NCBI RefSeq assembly: GCF_001194135.2
Contig: NC_068997.1
Span: forward strand, 15,606,109-15,670,108
Direction: 5' to 3'
DNA length: 64,000 bases
From: Octopus bimaculoides
Taxonomy: Eukaryota
Notes under the pieces: generated by a model
The model's input: only the letters and a program-made list of their open reading frames with translations
Database searches by the model: none
What the model was told of the DNA's origin: nothing
Translations under genes and position numbers: made by a program
In this document: piece after piece, positions 1-13,025 of the stretch
Layout: every line of letters starts with the position of its first letter
Position numbering within the stretch: position 1 is the first letter of the stretch

Positions 1-327
1 TTGCAAAGACCTGGCAACATTCTAAAAAAACCAAGCACCAAATGTTGGTCGATTCTTGACCCACGGTTGCATCTTGGTCAAAGGAACGTTGCTATGGAGA
101 GATGAGGTTGTGTGAGAGACGCCCACAACAGTACAGTTAGCCCTTGCTTTTGTCATCACCATCGCAGTGGTCTAGATTGAAATTTAAATTGAATGACTCC
201 CTGTTGTGTCACTCATTATTTATTTTCTGATATATATGTACATATAAATACACACACACACACACACACAGAAATATTTATATACATACACACATATATA
301 TATATACATATATATCTATATATATTT

Positions 328-399
<72 letters not shown>

Positions 400-1648
400 G
401 ATATTTATATTTATAAACACGTAGATACGTAGATATGTGTATATTTATATAATAGACATATGCAAAATTTATATACAACAATTTATACATAAATATGTAC
501 ATCTATATGTATAAATACATACATATGTGTGTGCTTAAATATTTATATTAATAATTATGCAGATATACGTCTGTATAAATGTATATAACACATATATATA
601 TATATATATATATATACGTATATATATGATCTTATGAATGAAATAGTTTGGTAAAACAAAATTCAAGTCCCTAATTAAATTGCCATTCAATATTTATGTC
701 TTTCTTCAATTTTCTTTCTTTTCATACGTGTTATTATTTTTGTTGTTACTTTTGTTGTCAATATCGTTGTTGTTGTTGTTGTTTTTGTTGCTGTCGTTTA
801 TTCATTTTTGTTGGTTAATCTCTAGGAGGTCGTTTGGTTAGNNNNNNNNNNNNNNNNNNNNNNNNNNNNNNNNNNNNNNNNNNNNNNNNNNNNNNNNNNN
901 NNNNNNNNNNNNNNNNNNNNNNNNNNNNNNNNNNNNNNNNNNNNNNNNNNNNNNNNNNNNNCCGCCCCAGCACATCTACATAATACATACATAAGTACAT
1001 ACGTACATACATACATACATACATACATACATACTTGCATGCATACACACACGTATGCACGTACACATACACATAGACACATACCTGCAAACACTCACAC
1101 TGTTTTCTTCCCCCCTCCCCCTTCTCTTAACCAACCAGCCATCTTTCACACCCATTACACACATTACACACACACACACACACACACACATACACATGCA
1201 CAAACACACATACATACACACACAGATACATATAGTCAAAGACACACACATACTCCATTATCAGTGTTTTGACAGAATGGTGTAATGAGAGTGGAACTTC
1301 CACTATTACCATTTTAATATCAGATTTTTCAATACATTAAATTTTCATTTCTATATTTTCCAAATCAACTCAGAGCAAGGGTTTGGTGCTGGGCTGTTGC
1401 TGCTGCTGCTGATAATGATGATGATGATGACAATGATGATGATTATGACAGAATTATTAGTATTGGACTGTCATTGTGTAGCTGCCCATCACCCCAACAC
1501 CACCCATCCCGCCATTCACTTTTACCACCTCTATCAGTCCTGTTCAAAGCAATCTCTAATCAAAGATGTACTAATGCTGACCGTTCAGTCGTTTTTTTCT
1601 TTGTGTGCGTCTATATATATGTATATAGATAGATAGATAGATAGATGC

Positions 1649-1799
1649 GATGGGCTTCTTTCAGTTTCTGTCTATCGAATCCACTCACAAGGCTTTGATC
1701 AGCTTGAAGTAGAACACACTTGCTCAAGGTGCCATGGAGTGGGACTGAACCCAGAACCATGTGATTGGGAAGCACACTTCCTACCACACAGCCATGACT
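1649..1799 (-). mobile_element. SINE family A head half
   Basis: GGGCTTCTTTCAGTTTC...GGGACTGAACCCAGAACCATGTG...CACACAGCCA. Similar half copies lie at about 7503-7658, 12370-12525, 14265-14410, 19490-19600, 28765-28940, 32732-32855, 34130-34280, 42548-42670, 51320-51445, 53995-54140, 55345-55500 and 59920-60025. Confidence 0.85.
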
Positions 1800-1894
1800 G
1801 CTCATATATATCATGTATATATGTATATATATATATACATGCACAGACACACATATACATATATATACATACATACATACATACATACACACAC

Positions 1895-1927
<33 letters not shown>

Positions 1928-2161
1928 CATGCACACACATATACATATATATATACACACACACACACATATATATATGTATATATATATAAATGAAAAC
2001 TTCAAAATTATACTCGTGTTAATATCATCACCACCACCACCACCAGCATCATCATCATCATCATCATCAGCATCATTATCATCATTATCATCACCCTCAT
2101 CATCCCCGATACCACCACCATCGCCACCACTGCTGCCGCCACCATCGTTGTCATCGCCGTC

Positions 2162-2345
2162 ATCATTAAATGCCTGTTTTCCTTGCTGGCATGTGTCGGA
2201 TGGCTTGAGAGGAGCTGGCACACTGGGGAGCTGTGCCACTGGTTCCATTGTCTATTCTGGCTTCGTTTCTATGGCTGGATGCCCTTCCTAATCTCAACCA
2301 CTTTACAGAGTGTAACGTGTGCTTTTTATGTGGCACCAGCACAGT
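2162..2345 (-). mobile_element. RTE 3'UTR-derived fragment
   Basis: Contains GGATGCCCTTCCTAATCTCAACCACTTTACAGAG, reverse complement of the 56.2-kb 3'UTR core; starts at a (CAT)n tract. Confidence 0.75.
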
Positions 2346-3381
2346 TGTTTCTTTTTTTTTTTTGCATGGTACAAAGCACCACAGTGAAATGATAATTATT
2401 AAACTGACAATGTCTAAATGGTCACTATTGAAAGTTTTAAATATTGCTCTGATAATGTTCATATGGTTATGATTGCAATGCCAAACTATTGCCTTGATAA
2501 TGTCTTAATGTTCATTGTTAAAACACCAAACTGTTGCTGTGATAATGCTTTAATGTTTATTTTTGAAACTCCAAATTGTGGTCTTAATAGTATTTGAATG
2601 ATCATTATTGATCTGATAATGTTAAAATGTTGTCCACATATTCACTATTTAAACACCAAACTATTGTTATGATAATGTCAAAGAATTCAACATTAAAACC
2701 ATAAAATATTCTCTGCCTTGATAATGTCTATGTGGTCATGATTATAATGTTAAATTATTGCCTTGATAATGTTTATATATTATCTAAATGTTCATTTCTG
2801 TATTACCAAAATACAGTCTTGATAATGGCTAAAAGTCCATTTCTAATTGATATTGTCTAAATGCTCAATAGTGGAACCACATTATTATTTGATAGTATCT
2901 AAATATTCATCATTAAAGCAAACTGCAATGATGCATGTAACATCCCATCCTCAACTGCTTTTCCAGGTATCTTTATAGTTTTGACTCCAGAAAGTAAGAC
3001 CACTTAATACAGTGATGTCATTTCTGCTAAAGGTTAGCATTAATGCTGCCTTGGAATTCACTAACAGAAAGTGTATGCCAGTCAAAACAAAAATTAAAAA
3101 CTTTTTTTAAATCATTTAAAAAAAATTATGAAATTTATACAAAATAAAAACTACAAAACATGAACTATATTCACTATAGCTGGATGGAAAATGCAGACCT
3201 CGGAAAATACTACTTCCCAGGACACCACAACATCCTGTAGACTAGCATTTATTCATATATATATATTCAACAAGAAACTTCAAAAGCATCTATACACATG
3301 TCTGTGTATGTATATATATGCGTATCTGTATAAGTATGTATGATTATACCCACCCACACACACACACACATATATACATAC

Positions 3382-3419
<38 letters not shown>

Positions 3420-3429
3420 NNNNNNNNNN

Positions 3430-3469
<40 letters not shown>

Positions 3470-4775
3470 GCTTATATATGTGTGTGTATGTATATATATA
3501 TATACTACATACATGCATACATACACAACATATACACACACACCACATATACTGTTAAAGAGCCCAAGGTAGACAAACACTAACATGTACATAGTTATAT
3601 TTACCTGCATATTCAAACAGACAGACAAAGGTATCTGGTAAAACATAGATACACACACACACACTTGCACAGTTGCACATATTTGTTCATGCATGTGTGT
3701 GTGTGTGTGTGTGTGTGTTTGTGTGTGTGTGCGTGTGTGTGTGTGTTTGTGTCATTTGTTAATTATGTTGTCAGAAGTGTAGGCTTTGTTAGTGTTTAAA
3801 TATCGTTAAGAAGCAAGACCCACAACTGTTTACTCTATTTTATTAACCAGATATTGTTTTACTGCTCTCCTAATTACACTCTCCTCCCCTCTTTCGTCAC
3901 AGCTCTCCTTATCAAACTCTCCATTTCCATCCTTACCTCTCTATTATTCTCTCTCCTTCTCTCTCTCTCTCTCTCTCTTTCTGTCTGTCTTTCTAGTCCT
4001 CTATCTATTTATCTACTTCTCTATCTATCTATCTGTTTCTTTCTCTTCTCTTTCCCTCTTTTACCTTGTGTAATTTTCTGTCCCTGTGCACACTGTTTGA
4101 CATCTTAATTAGTCTGAGCCAACTATGCAGTTTCCTGAATAGTAGTAACTCAACCTGAACACGTATCAGCCTGATATATCTCCCTTAACAGGCACCAACC
4201 GTCCGTCTATAAAACAGAGACAGACATCCTCATATTAACAAGCGGATAAAAGCAGCCCTCAACAAACACTGTCTTTGCATTCGTAAAATATAGACCAGGT
4301 TTTCCTCCATAAAACAGGGATCAGTTTAAATAAGAAACCCCCATGTTAACAATTGGATAAAGTGCATCTCACAAAGAATGCTAGATTTCCGTTTGTAAAC
4401 TTGGGCTGAAAGAGACATCATGCTCAATTTTAATGATGGAATGAAAGCATTCTTTTGCAAATATTAGGGGCCAGAATACAGAGCCCAACATTAATGTTGA
4501 GATAAAAGCATCCCTTAAAAAAAAAACATCATTTTTTTTTTTTTTTCTTTTCTGAAATAGAAGCAGAAATAGTGAGTATGTTCCACGTTTATGAGGGGAT
4601 AAATAGCAGCCTCAATAAATACCAACCTTCTGTTCATAAAATAGGGATCAGGGTTTCTTTTTTGACGTGCACCAACGTTAATGACAAGATGAACAGTAAT
4701 AAGGAAATTGCAAGTGAAACGGATTGCTCAGGGTCATCGTTTTTGGACAGTGCCTCCTCCTCCTCCTCCTCCTCC

Positions 4776-4808
<33 letters not shown>

Positions 4809-4879
4809 CCACCATCATCGTCATTGTCATCATTATCGTCATTGCTATCACCATCATCATCACCATTATCATCATCATC

Positions 4880-4911
<32 letters not shown>

Positions 4912-5308
4912 CATCACCACCACCATCATCATCATCATCATCACCACCACCATCATCGTCATTGTCATCATTATCGTCATTGCTATCACCATCAGTATCA
5001 CCATCATAATCTTCATCATTATCCTCATCATCATTATCTTATTTGAGTGACCATTTCTCCGTTCTTGCATGACACACATGGAATTTGTTGAGGCAGGTTT
5101 TTATACAATCAGACGCCCTCCCTGTCAGTCACCTCACCTATCATATTTTCCTATGACTGGAAATGATTTCATGGAAGAAGACTGCAGATGAATACACCTC
5201 TTGTATGACGGTGATAATCGTTTACAATTATTACACAATGTCACAACAAAGAGGCACAAATACATGCACACGTATACGAATATACATACAAACATACATA
5301 CATATATA

Positions 5309-5890
5309 CATAAATGTAAGCACAACAGATCTGATATAATGATTTGGGTTAGAGAAGAGAAACTGTGCACAGTTGTGGAAATTAGCTGCCCAGCGGATGT
5401 TAACATAAAGCTGAAGATCAGTGGAAAAGAGAACACTTATGCTGAACTAATGAGAAATCTGCAGTTACTGTATCCAGATTACAAGTTCAGGTTTATGCCA
5501 GTGATTATTGGGGCCCTGGGATATGTAATACATTGCTTAAATACCAATCTTGAGTAATTAGGCTTCTCAAAACCAGAAAGGAGAAAGCTAATTTGAAGAC
5601 TACAGATCCAATCCAACACTAGAACTGTAAAAATCGGTAGAACTTTCCAGAAGTTTATCATTTAAATATATATGAGCGTGTCTAGATATGTAACTATATG
5701 CATGAGGATACATACATAAACCAAAACATACAAATCTGCACATATACATACATACATACATGCATGCATGCAAATGACAATACCTTGTTGCTGATGTTGA
5801 AATTCCAATGAAGGAACCTTGGATCTAGGTTAGAAACCGGTTCTTTCTCTATTGGCAAGAAATCTTGAAATAAACTGAACAATGACATAC
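5309..5890 (+). mobile_element. 5'-truncated non-LTR retrotransposon 3' end, RLE endonuclease domain (R4/Dong-like clade), degenerate
   Basis: Translation HNRSDIMIWVREEKLCTVVEISCPADVNIKLKISGKENTYAELMRNLQLLYPDYKFRFMPVIIGALG...TVKIGRTFQKFII* (two internal in-frame stops, terminal TAA 5663-5665) fits the RPD-x-D/E-x-P RLE motif and PVIIGALG motif of R4-clade LINEs; about 220 bp 3'UTR ends in GACATACAT. Confidence 0.85.
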
Positions 5891-5904
5891 ATATATCCTC
5901 CTCC

Positions 5905-6345
5905 ATCTCATCATCATTTAACGTCCACCTTCCATGCTGGCATGGGTTGGATGGTTTGACAGGAGCCAGCCAGGCAGGAGCCAGCCAGGCAGGAGACTAC
6001 ACCAGGCTACTGTGTCTGTTTTGGCAGGGTTTTTTTTACAGCTGGATGCTCTTCCTAGCATCAACCATCCAGCAGAGTGGACTTAGTGCTTTTTACGTGA
6101 CACAAGGACAGACGAGGTCAGTTTTGGCAAGGTTTTTACAGCTGGATGCCCTTCCTAACACCAACCACTCTGCAGAATGGACTCAGTGCTTTTTATGTGG
6201 CACTAGCACAGATGAGGTTAGTTTTGACATAACTTTTATAGCTGGATGCCCTTCCAAATGCCAACCACTTTACAGTGTGGACTGGATGCTTTTTAAGTGG
6301 CACCTGCACTAACAGGGTCACTAAGTAACTTGCAAGACAAAAAAA
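5905..6345 (-). mobile_element. RTE 3'UTR-derived fragment with three internal copies of the core module
   Basis: CATCATCATTTAACGTCCACCTTCCATGCTGGCATGGGTTGGA start; TTTTACAGCTGGATGC(C/T)CTTCC module at about 6035, 6135 and 6235. Confidence 0.75.
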
Positions 6346-6469
6346 ATCCTCTGAGAGGGGAGGGGGCATTGGTTGAGGGGATTTCCCAATACCACCATAC
6401 ATGGGTATCACCATCACCGCCACTCCCCATTCTGATGATTCTTACATCCCACCAACATAACAACCACCA

Positions 6470-6652
6470 CCACCACTACCATCCCCACCACTACCATCAC
6501 CACCACTACCATGACCACCACTACCATCTCCACCACTACCATCCCCACCACTACCATCACCACCACTACCATCCCCACCACTACCATCACCACCACTACC
6601 ATCACCACCACTACCATCCCCACCACTACCATCCCCACCACTACCATCCCCA
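6470..6652. repeat. CACCACTACCATC(CC) 12/15-bp minisatellite running into a gap
   Basis: Alternating caccactaccat / ccccaccactaccat units. Confidence 0.9.
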
Positions 6653-7657
6653 NNNNNNNNNNNNNNNNNNNNNNNNNNNNNNNNNNNNNNNNNNNNNNNN
6701 NNNNNNNNNNNNNNNNNNNNNNNNNNNNNNNNNNNNNNNNNNNNNNNNNNNNNNNNNNNNNNNNNNNNNNNNNNNNNNNNNNNNNNNNNNNNNNNNNNNN
6801 NNNNNNNNNNNNNNNNNNNNNNNNNNNNNNNNNNNNNNNNNNNNNNNNNNNNNNNNNNNNNNNNNNNNNNNNNNNNNNNNNNNNNNNNNNNNNNNNNNNN
6901 NNNNNNNNNNNNNNNNNNNNNNNNNNNNNNNNNNNNNNNNNNNNNNNNNNNNNNNNNNNNNNNNNNNNNNNNNNNNNNNNNNNNNNNNNNNNNNNNNNNN
7001 NNNNNNNNNNNNNNNNNNNNNNNNNNNNNNNNNNNNNNNNNNNNNNNNNNNNNNNNNNNNNNNNNNNNNNNNNNNNNNNNNNNNNNNNNNNNNNNNNNNN
7101 NNNNNNNNNNNNNNNNNNNNNNNNNNNNNNNNNNNNNNNNNNNNNNNNNNNNNNNNNNNNNNNNNNNNNNNNNNNNNNNNNNNNNNNNNNNNNNNNNNNN
7201 NNNNNNNNNNNNNNNNNNNNNNNNNNNNNNNNNNNNNNNNNNNNNNNNNNNNNNNNNNNNNNNNNNNNNNNNCTTCTCATCCTCCCTGCCCCCCCTCCTT
7301 TACAGCCAACTATGATCTTGAAGAATTATATTATTATGTTTCCTCTTCAGTAGATTATCACAACAAAGGAAAATTATGTGAAAACAGGTCGTTAGATAAT
7401 TAGTTTGGGATAAATGGGGGCAAAAGATCTCAGGTCATGGTGGTGGTGGTGGTGGGGGGGGAGAGATTAAATGTGTGTGTGTGTGTGTGTGTGTGGTAGT
7501 AGGGGCAGGTGTGGCTGTGTGGTAAGATGATTGCTGCCTGGGCACATAGTTCCGGATTCAGTCCCACTGGATGGCACCTTGGGCAAAAATGGTTTCTACT
7601 ATAGCTCCAGGCCGACCGACGTCTTGTGAGTAAGTTTGGTAGATAGAAACTAAAAGA

Positions 7658-7890
7658 AAGCAGCATGCTGGCAGAAACGTTAGCACGCCGGGCGAAATGC
7701 TTAGCGGTATTTCGTCTGCCGCTACATCCTGAGTTCAAATTCCACCGACGTCGACTTTGCCTTTCATCCTTTCAGGGTCGATAAATTAAGTACCAGTTAT
7801 GCACTGGGGTCGATATAATCAACTTAATCTGTTTGTCTGTCCTTGTTTGTTCCCTCTGTGTGTAGCCCCTTGCGTGCAGTAAAGGAATAG
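7658..7890 (+). mobile_element. SINE family B (tRNA-like head, V/Meta-like central domain) nested in a family A copy
   Basis: GCTGGCAGAAACGTTAGCACGCCGGGCGAAATGC...GAGTTCAAATTCC (box B) ...CTTTCATCCTTTCAGGGTCGATAAATTAAGTACCAG; flanked by direct repeat GAAACTAAAAGAA (7646-7658 and 7891-7903). Domain name is from memory, not verified. Confidence 0.88.
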
Positions 7891-9671
7891 GAAACTAAAA
7901 GAAGCCCATCATACATATCTTTTAATGTCATCAGCTTCATCATTTTTATTTAACATCTATGCTTCATGCTGGCAAGGGTCGGTCAGTTTGGAAGGACCTG
8001 ATGAGTCCAAGCACAGCATGGTGCTCCAGTGTCTTCTTTGGCAGAAGTCTCTGCAGCTAAATACCCTTCCTAATGCCAACCAATTTACAGAGTATCCTGT
8101 GTGCCTTTTACCTGGCACCAGCATTAGTGAGATTACCTGGTGACTTGCGAGGCAAGGCCCCTCAACTGAAGGAATTGTGTAGTACTGAGGCAGGTGTATT
8201 AATTCTTGAGGATGAGATGTTGAAGTATGATAAAGGGTCAGGAACGGGTGTCTTGTAGTAAGGGAGATATGGGGTTACGCTCCAGTGAATCCTCTTGTCC
8301 ATATCACAGAACATTTCATCTTTATCTTCAAAAGTGAAAATTACTGCATAGAATGCTAACTCCGAAATGTACTGTACATTATTAAAACCGGTCATCTCTG
8401 ACCGCCAGCACCACCATCACCACCATCATCGCCACCATTACCGCCATCGCAATCATCACCACCACCATCACCCCTTCATCGCCACCACTACCACCACCAC
8501 TACAACCACTACCACTACAACCATGACCACCATTGCCACCACGATCACGACGACGATGACAACAATGACGACCACCACCACTAGCACCATCCCCACCGCT
8601 ACCAGCAGCATTATCCCCTTTAACGCCTCAACCATCACCTTGAACATAGCAACCACTCCTATTTACTAATAGTGACCTACTCCANNNNNNNNNNNNNNNN
8701 NNNNNNNNNNNNNNNNNNNNNNNNNNNNNNNNNNNNNNNNNNNNNNNNNNNNNNNNNNNNNNNNNNNNNNNNNNNNNNNNNNNNNNNNNNNNNNNNNNNN
8801 NNNNNNNNNNNNNNNNNNNNNNNNNNNNNNNNNNNNNNNNNNNNNNNNNNNNNNNNNNNNNNNNNNNNNNNNNNNNNNNNNNNNNNNNNNNNNNNNNNNN
8901 NNNNNNNNNNNNNNNNNNNNNNNNNNNNNNNNNNNNNNNNNNNNNNNNNNNNNNNNNNNNNNNNNNNNNNNNNNNNNNNNNNNNNNNNNNNNNNNNNNNN
9001 NNNNNNNNNNNNNNNNNNNNNNNNNNNNNNNNNNNNNNNNNNNNNNNNNNNNNNNNNNNNNNNNNNNNNNNNNNNNNNNNNNNNNNNNNNNNNNNNNNNN
9101 NNNNNNNNNNNNNNNNNNNNNNNNNNNNNNNNNNNNNNNNNNNNNNNNNNNNNNNNNNNNNNNNNNNNNNNNNNNNNNNNNNNNNNNNNNNNNNNNNNNN
9201 NNNNNNNNNNNNNNNNNNNNNNNNNNNNNNNNNNNNNNNNNNNNNNNNNNNNNNNNNNNNNNNNNNNNNNNNNNNNNNNNNNNNNNNNNNNNNNNNNNNN
9301 NNNNNNNNNNNNNNNNNNNNNNNNNNNNNNNNNNNNNNNNNNNNNNNNNNNNNNNNNNNNNNNNNNNNNNNNNNNNNNNNNNNNNNNNNNNNNNNNNNNN
9401 NNNNNNNNNNNNNNNNNNNNNNNNNNNNNNNNNNNNNNNNNNNNNNNNNNNNNNNNNNNNNNNNNNNNNNNNNNNNNNNNNNNNNNNNNNNNNNNNNNNN
9501 NNNNNNNNNNNNNNNNNNNNNNNNNNNNNNNNNNNNNNNNNNNNNNNNNNNNNNNNNNNNNNNNNNNNNNNNNNNNNNNNNNNNNNNNNNNNNNNNNNCC
9601 ACTCCTGCACCTGTGTGTTTATGTGAATAGGAATATATAAGTACGCGTGTATGTGTGTGTGTGTGTAGTCT

Positions 9672-10075
9672 TTTAGTTTTTTATTTGTTTCAGTAATTTG
9701 ACTGCAGCCATGCTGGAGCACCGCCTCAAGTCAAACAAATTGACCCCAGGACTTCTTCTTTGTAAGCCTAGTACTTATTCTATCGGTCTTTTTTGCCGAA
9801 CCGCTAAGTTACTGGGACGTAAACACACCAGCATTGGTTGTCAAGCGATGTTGGGGGGACAAACACAGACACACAAACACATACACACATACATATATAT
9901 ATATATACATATATACAACGGGCTTCTTTCAGTTTCCGTCTACCAAATCCACTCACAAGGCTTTGGGCAGCCCGAGGCTATAGTAGAAGACACTTGCCCA
10001 AGATGCCACGCAGTAGGACTGAACCCGGGACCATGTGGTTGGCAAGCAAGCTACTTACCACACAGCCACTCCTGC
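9672..10075 (-). mobile_element. SINE family A, full length
   Basis: Reverse complement of the 28227-28635 structure. Confidence 0.9.
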
Positions 10076-10755
10076 ACCTGTGTGTTTATGTGAATAGGAA
10101 TATATAAGTACGCGTGTATGTGTGTGTGTGTGTAGTCTTTTAGTTTTTTATTTGTTTCAGTAATTTGACTGCAGCCATGCTGGAGCACCGCCTCAAGTCA
10201 AACAAATTGACCCCAGGACTTCTTCTTTGTAAGCCTAGTACTTATTCTCTTGTTCTCTTTGGCCGAACTGCAGTGACTTGCTTGAAGTAACAGTCAAATC
10301 TTGTCCTTCAGTTCATGTCACTGTCTTGAAAAACAAAAAGGAAGGAAGCGAAAAGAACACATTGGCTGGTGTATTAGGCTAGAATTTTCTGTCAAAAGAA
10401 AAGGTAAACCTTAACTGGGTCTAATCAAAAACAAAGATATCAACAGATAAAAACAAAAAAAAAACAGATTTCAGCAGTGGTAACTTCAAGGTCATTTAAT
10501 TTGCTAGAAATAACATAATATCATATATACATATGTATTTGAATGTGTGTGTGCGTGTGTGTGTGTGTGTAAAAGAGTGGGGGGTAGGGTGAGGGTTATT
10601 TACTAGCAGAAAGTAACACAGCAGTTACTCTAGTTCCTTGAGTAACTTTTGAATTCTCAACTACTGAAAAAAAAAAAAAATTATATATAATCTGCATCAC
10701 ATACAGAGTATTCTTTTTCTTATCAGTAAACCAAACATGAGTGTATATATGTATA

Positions 10756-10798
<43 letters not shown>

Positions 10799-10902
10799 AC
10801 ACACACACACGAAAAACCATACAAACAGACACACACACAAACACATGGAATTTTATTTTGATCTATTGTGTCTTGGGTGGAATTTTTCACTTGATTTTAT
10901 CA

Positions 10903-10943
<41 letters not shown>

Positions 10944-11434
10944 TTGACAACCTTTCATCTAAGCAATTGTCACTGACCTTTTCCCCCAATAAAGGTCACC
11001 AACTAGATTTAAACTGCCCCAAGCTTTTAATCATAATTTTTTGGGACATGGTTTGTTTTGGAATACGCATTGCTAGTATTCTTATTTACTTCTTCTCTGT
11101 TTATTTTATCATTTTCTTTTTTTTTTTTTTGTTACTAGATTGTTTTCAAGAGATTTTCTTCATGATACACACACACACACACATACACATTAAAAAAAAA
11201 AAACAGTTATAACAGACAGTGGTAAACTATATCATTGTACCATCTCTGTCTGTCTCTTGCTCTCAAGCTCTCCCAGGGCCTCCCTCTCTTTGTATACATA
11301 CTTCAATACCTACATACATATACATCCATACATGTGTGTGTGTGTCTGTGTGTATCACTCGTTTTTCCCTCGTTTGATTATGCATTTCATGTTATTTGCA
11401 CTGTTGGTGACGTCCTGTACCCATATATGCATGT

Positions 11435-11506
<72 letters not shown>

Positions 11507-13025
11507 NNNNNNNNNNNNNNNNNNNNNNNNNNNNNNNNNNNNNNNNNNNNNNNNNNNNNNNNNNNNNNNNNNNNNNNNNNNNNNNNNNNNNNNNNNNNNN
11601 NNNNNNNNNNNNNNNNNNNNNNNNNNNNNNNNNNNNNNNNNNNNNNNNNNNNNNNNNNNNNNNNNNNNNNNNNNNNNNNNNNNNNNNNNNNNNNNNNNNN
11701 NNNNNNNNNNNNNNNNNNNNNNNNNNNNNNNNNNNNNNNNNNNNNNNNNNNNNNNNNNNNNNNNNNNNNNNNNNNNNNNNNNNNNNNNNNNNNNNNNNNN
11801 NNNNNNNNNNNNNNNNNNNNNNNNNNNNNNNNNNNNNNNNNNNNNNNNNNNNNNNNNNNNNNNNNNNNNNNNNNNNNNNNNNNNNNNNNNNNNNNNNNNN
11901 NNNNNNNNNNNNNNNNNNNNNNNNNNNNNNNNNNNNNNNNNNNNNNNNNNNNNNNNNNTGTATACATACTTCAATACCTACATACATATACATCCATACA
12001 TGTGTGTGTGTGTCTGTGTGTATCACTCGTTTTTCCCTCGTTTGTTTATGTATTTCATGTTATTTATACTGTTGGTGACATCCTGTACCCATATATACAT
12101 GTATTTTCTGAACTTCGGTATGTGGTGAAGCAAATGTTTGCTGATCGCTTAATTATGTTTATAAATGTATGTGAACTTTTAAATAAGTTCTCCACCAATA
12201 ATGGTGCTTACATACCGAAGGGCTTGGTAAAAATTATTAATTGTTGATTTATTAATAAATTAATAAATTGATAAACCTTTACCCTTTTAATTTATATATA
12301 AATTATATATTATTTAGTATTTATATATATGTGGGTGTGTGTGTGTGTTTATACATTCTTTTACTTTATTCTTTGAATTGTTTCAGTTATGTTAGTGTGG
12401 CCATGCTGGGGTGCCAACTTTTTTTTTAGTCAAAGAAATCGACCTCAAGACTTATTCTTTGTCGGTCTCTTTTGCCGAACCACTAAGTTATGGGGAAGTA
12501 AACACGCCAACATTGAGAGCATGTGTGTATGTATGTATGTGTGTGTGTGGAGGCATGTATATGTTTGCGCCCCACCTTTTTCTTTCTTTTATTTTCTTGG
12601 TCTGTTTAGTCTGTAGAAAGGATCTATGCCCATGGCCTCTGAGACTGGAGTTCCAGGAATATTAAAAAAGAAAAGAAAAAGAAGAGACATATAAGTGCTA
12701 TTTAAATGAGAGGGTTGCAAGCTGGAAGTGGTTAATTCAAAGTCCTTGTATACGTTTAGACCATGAAGAAGTGTTCTGACAGTTTCTGCATTTTGACCAA
12801 TTCTATTAAGACCAAACTAAAATGGACAGACAGGCTGCATATGAATGAATTATTAACAAAAACACTTCGATTATTTCTATTCATTTCTTCTATTTCTCCA
12901 TACCATTTTTTTTTATTTGCTTTTATTCGGTACCATTTTTTTTCATTTGTTTGTTTTTGTCATCCCTTTTCAGATTCCATCTCCCTCTTTACAGAATCAC
13001 ACTCGACAAACTTCCACCTCCTCAC

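Noticed and set aside
4572-5079. Poly-Ser / poly-His ORFs resembling His-rich proteins
   Set aside because: (CAT)n/(CAC)n tract open in nearly all frames; no splice or homology support.
9598-10260. Tandem duplication 9598-9790 / 10066-10250
   Set aside because: Near-identical and directly abutting a gap; most likely an unmerged contig overlap.
11290-12100. Repeat of about 130 bp on both sides of the 11507-11958 gap
   Set aside because: Gap-flanking duplication; a few differences suggest unresolved haplotypes or a local repeat, not interpretable without reads.
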